A stretch of 64,000 bases of DNA from the human T2T-CHM13v2.0 reference genome, Homo sapiens, in NCBI RefSeq assembly GCF_009914755.1, contig NC_060943.1; one strand, 5' to 3'. Below, in pieces: positions 50,268 to 64,000 of the stretch. The translations under genes were made by a program, and so were the position numbers. The notes beneath the pieces were generated by a model, which saw only the letters and a program-made list of their open reading frames with translations, searched no databases and was not told where the DNA came from. Each line of letters begins with the position of its first letter. Within the stretch, counting starts at the first letter, position 1.

Positions 50268-51561
50268 CTATGCTGACATACTCTTATGCCTTGACACTGC
50301 CCCTAGAAGGCATGGTGATTGATTGCTGGGCCCAGAACCAATGTGATGTGAGTCTCCTGCCTGGACCCTGCCTACAAGGTGCATTGTGACATATCTCTGG
50401 GACCTTTAACTATTTTATGTGACTCTCCTCTCTTACCTGGATGTTGCCCAAAAAGAGATTGTGACATAAATTTGGGCCCAACACATAGGTGATGTGACTC
50501 TCCTCTCCTGCCTCTTCCTTGCCCACTGAAGAGTGAATGACTTATTGCTGAATTCAGCACACAAGTGATGGGATTCTTCTGCCTGCTCACAGAAGTCATT
50601 GTGACATATATCTGGGCCTATCACTGAGGTTATGTGACTCTTTTCTTCCTGGAACCTGTCCACAGTGGGGAGTGTCACATGTTGCTTGGCTCAGAACCTA
50701 CATGATGTGATTCTCTTCTTATGCCTGGGCCCTGCCCACTGGAGTGATTTTGACATGTAGCTGGGCCCAGCCCCAAGGTTATGTGACTCCACACATCTTC
50801 CTGAGCCCTACCCACAGGGGGCATTGTGTCATATCTCTGAGACCTTCAATGAGGTGATGCGACTCTTTTGTTTGGGCCCTCTTCTCAGGATATTGTGACA
50901 TTGCTGAGCCCAGCATCTAGGTGATGTGACTCTTCTCTACTGTTTGGTCTCTACCCAAAAAGGGATTGTGACATATCACTCTGTCAAGAACCTAGAAGAG
51001 GTGACTCTCCTCTCCAGCCTGGGACCTCCATACAGTGTGTATTGAGACATATCACTGGGTCCAACACCTAGATAACGCAACTCTCCTGCATGGGGCCTGC
51101 CCATAGGGGTATTATGAGCCATCTTTCTATTAATCACCTAGGTGATGTGACACTCCTCTTTTGCCTGGGCCCTGCCAAAAAAGTATTGTTACATATCACT
51201 GAGCCCAGCAGCTAGGTGATATGACTCTTCTCTCATGCATGGGCCCTGCAAACTGGGGTGTTTGTTACATATAGCTGGGCCCAGCCCCTAGGTCATGCGA
51301 TTCTTTTTTTTCCTGAGCCCTACCCACAGTGAAAACTTTGACATATTTTTGGGCCCATCATTTATGTGATGTGACTCTTGCATGGGCCCTCCCCACAAGG
51401 GGTAGGGTGACATATTGCTGAACCCAGTACGTAGGTGATGTGACTCTCCTTTATGGATTGGGCTTTGCCCAAGCAGGGATTGTGATGTATTTCTGGGCCC
51501 ACCACCTAGCTGTTGTGATTCTTCTCTTCTGCCTAAGCCCTGCATACATTGTGTATTGTGA

Positions 51562-58939
<7,378 letters not shown>

Positions 58940-59992
58940 AGGATTGTTAATTTTATCCCTACCTTTTCCTTCAACTGTGACTGTAACATACACCTCTGCC
59001 CAGCACCTGAGTGATTTGACTTTTCTGCTTGGTGCCTAGTCCACAGATCAGATTGTGATACATTGCTGGACCTAACACTAGGTGGTGCGACTCTGTACTT
59101 TTGCCTTGGCACTGCCCACATGGGACATTGTGACATATCACTGGGCCCCTCACCCTGGTTATGTGACTCTCCTACCTGTGCCCTGCCTTCATGGGTCATT
59201 GTGACATATTGCCATTTGCAACATCCAGGTTATGTAACTCTCCTTGCTGGGTCCTGCCTACAGGAAGCTTTATGATCTATCTGTGTATTCATCATCCAGG
59301 TAACGTGACTCTTTCTCCCAGGTCCCTGTTCAAAGAAAGGATTGTTACTTATCAATGGGCCCAGTGCCTTAGCTGATATGACTCTTCTACCTATATTCTG
59401 CTTACAGTGTACATTGTGACATACTGCTGGGCTGAACACCAAGGTGATGTTACATTTTTGCCTTGGCGTTTCTTTTCATCAAGCATTGTGACATATTGTT
59501 GGGCTCAGAACCAAGGTGATGTGATCCTTCTGCCTGAACCTTGCTCAAGAGTCAACACCTTTTGCCCAACAAGAATAGTGACATATTTGTGAATCCATCG
59601 TCTATGTGATGTGACTCTCTTACTTGGATTTTTCCTATAGGAGAGATTGTGACATATCACAGGGCCCAGCATCTAGATAATGTGACGCTTCTTTCCTTCC
59701 ATGGCCATGCTCCCATAAAAGAGAGTGACTTATCCCTGGGATCAGCCCACAGGCTATGTAATTGTTCTGCCTAGTCCCTGTCTACAGGGGTTATTGTGAC
59801 ATATCTCTTGGTCCCGTTCTTCTTCTCCCTGGGACTTGTCCACAGTGGGAATTGTGACATATCACTTGGCCCAGCACCTATGTGATGTGACTCTTTTCTC
59901 ATGCTTTGGCCCTGCCCACTGGTTGGTTGTGATATGTAGTTGGGCCCAGCTCTTAAGTCAGGTGATCTTTCTCTTCCTCCTGAGCCCTACTC

Positions 59993-60482
59993 TCCCAAGA
60001 CCAGCTAGGTCATGGAGACCCTAACCCAGCGGAGCTAGAGGAATTAAAGACACACACACATAGAAATATAGCATGTGGAGTGGGAAGTCAGGGGTCTCAC
60101 AGCCTTCAGAACTGAGAGCCTCAAACAGAGATTTACCCACATATTTATTGACAGCAAGCCAGTGATAAGCATTGTTTCTATAGATTACAGATTAAAAGTA
60201 TTTCTTGTGGGAAATAAAGGGATGGGCTCTGGCTAGTTATCTGCAGCAGGAACATGTCCTTAAGGCACAGATCTCACAAGCTATTGTTTGTGGTTTAAGA
60301 ACGCGTTAAGCAGTTTTCTGCCCTGGGTGGGCCAGATGTTCCTTGCCCTCATTCCAGTAAACCAACAACCTTTCAGCATGGGTGTCATAGCCATCATTAA
60401 CAAGTCACAGTGCCGCAGAGATTTTGTTTATGGCCAGTTTTGGGGCCTGTTTATGGCCAGATTTGGGGGCCTGTTCCCAACA
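59993..60482 (-). mobile_element. MER9 (HML-3/HERV-K9) solo LTR
   Basis: Minus strand starts TGTTGGGAACAGGCCCCCAAATCTGGCCATAAAC; 6-bp TSD CTACTC at 59987-59992 and 60483-60488. Confidence 0.92.
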
Positions 60483-61429
60483 CTACTCACAGGGGACATT
60501 GTGACATATCTCTGGGGCTCTCATCTAGATGATGTGACTTTTCTGCCAGGGCTCTTTTCTCAGAGGATACTGTGACATTTCTTGACCTAGAACCTAGGTG
60601 ATGTGACTCTCTTCTGCTTGGGCTCTGCCTGAGATGTGACTTTTTTTTTTCCCCTGGGCTTTGCATACATTGTGTATTCTGATATATGACTGGGTCTAAG
60701 ACCCAGGTAATATGACTCTAACTCATGGGTTCTGTTCAGAAGGGTATTATGACATATCATTTGTTCCTCACTTAGGTGTTATGACTCTCGTCTTTTCACT
60801 GGAACCTGCCAAAAAGGGTGATTGTGACATATCACTGGACCCAGCACCTTGGTGATGTGACTCTCCTCTCCTCCTTAGGCCCTGCTTACATTGTGTCTGT
60901 TGAAATACGGCTGGTCCAACACCTAGGTAATGTGACTCTCCTGCATAGGCCTTGCTAATAGGGGATGTATGACATATGTTTTGTTTATCACTTAAGTGAT
61001 GTTACTCTCCTTTTCTTCCTGAATCCTGTAAAAGGTGGGGGATTGTGACCCTATCACTGGACCCAGCACATAAGTAATATGAGTTTCCTGCATAGGCTCT
61101 GTTCAGAAGGGTATTATGACATATCTTTTTGTTCATCACTTTGTGACTTGTCTTTTGACTGGAACCTGCCAAAAAGGGTGATTGTGACATATTGCTGGAC
61201 CCAGCACCTAGGTGATGTGGCTCTCCTTTTTTTCTGGGCCTCACATATTTTGGGTATTGTGATGTATAGCTGGGCTCAACACCTAGCAGTTGGGGAGCTC
61301 CTTTCTTGACCATTCCCACAAATGACATATCTCTGCTATGACCGCCTATGACACATGACCTAAATATGTGACCCTTCTTTTCTGCCTGTACCCTGCTAAC
61401 AGAGAAGATTGTGACAAATTGCTAAGTGC

Positions 61430-62350
<921 letters not shown>

Positions 62351-62501
62351 GGACATAAATTTAATGTTAAGTGTGGACTCATAAAGAATCTAGACAGCCA
62401 CCAAGCCATTTGTTTATTCTTGATTTCTTAAAGCTTCCATTATTAAAAGCTCTGCATTCCATTACTCATCACAGAAAATAATCTAAATTAAATATGAATT
62501 A

Positions 62502-62506
<5 letters not shown>

Positions 62507-62537
<31 letters not shown>
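62507..62537 (+). repeat. (TG)n microsatellite
   Basis: Direct reading. Confidence 0.95.
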
Positions 62538-62538
<1 letters not shown>

Positions 62539-62862
62539 TGATTATTCTAAATTACTAAACAGATTAAGGCCAATTTTTTTATGTCAAACATATAATTCTG
62601 AGAAACAATCAATACTTTATGTACATTTCTGTTACCTAATAGGCTATTTAAGCATTTATACAGAAATTTTATACAGTTGTCATTTTTAATGCATGTTTTC
62701 TGATAGTATAAAAGCTTTCTCATGCAAGAAGGCTGATGTTATAATAGTAGCTAAAAGAATATTAGAAAATATGTTTTTTTTTCATGGGACATTTCTGAAA
62801 GGTCTCTAATGATCAAGATACTTATTTCACTAGACAAGTTGTAAAACTGTTAAATAAGGTAT

Positions 62863-63769
<907 letters not shown>

Positions 63770-64000
63770 GTATTACAGGTACAATAGTATTGAGCAAAGC
63801 TAACTAAATTGACTGGATTGCTTTTGTAATTGCAGATTGATGACAATCAGATTCACTTAGAGTGGAAAAAGTATGTTGGCCCTTATAAAATAGTCATTAG
63901 AAGGCCTATGTGCGTAATAGAACCTCATGTGTCTTCTGCTACTAAAGTCTAACATTACTAAATTCAACAAGGCTTTAATGCATTATGGCAAAGCACATTT

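Overview
Hominid (most likely human) heterochromatin-adjacent, Alu-dense DNA with no intact protein-coding gene; most ORFs in the supplied track derive from Alu, L1, SVA, ERV or satellite sequence, and the rest from pseudogenes or unexplained non-coding sequence. The architecture resembles a decayed ZNF91-subfamily KRAB-zinc-finger cluster (19p12/7q11-type; exact locus not established). It has two divergent ZNF-type promoter/first-exon modules (minus ~26.3-26.5 kb, plus ~37.3-37.6 kb), both lacking the usual exon-terminal ATG, with no KRAB exon visible and only a degenerate finger remnant at ~16.7 kb. It also holds a 3'-truncated MTDH retrocopy (minus, ~11.1-11.9 kb) and an intron-containing CLUH pseudogene fragment (plus, ~29-31.6 kb). 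Mobile and repeat content: a class I ERV 5' half (LTR, tRNA-Arg PBS, gag, start of pro), two 5'-truncated SVAs with TSDs, two L1s, several solo LTRs, an SST1-like monomer and a ~13 kb SATR-like satellite with higher-order structure. The most notable structural signals are an Alu-mediated ~2.2 kb inversion that splits an L1 (TSD copies on opposite strands), a candidate ZNF-exon1/MTDH-pseudogene chimeric transcript, and several templated or duplicated junction scars. I found no well-supported new biological system. Family names come from recalled consensus sequences, not database searches.
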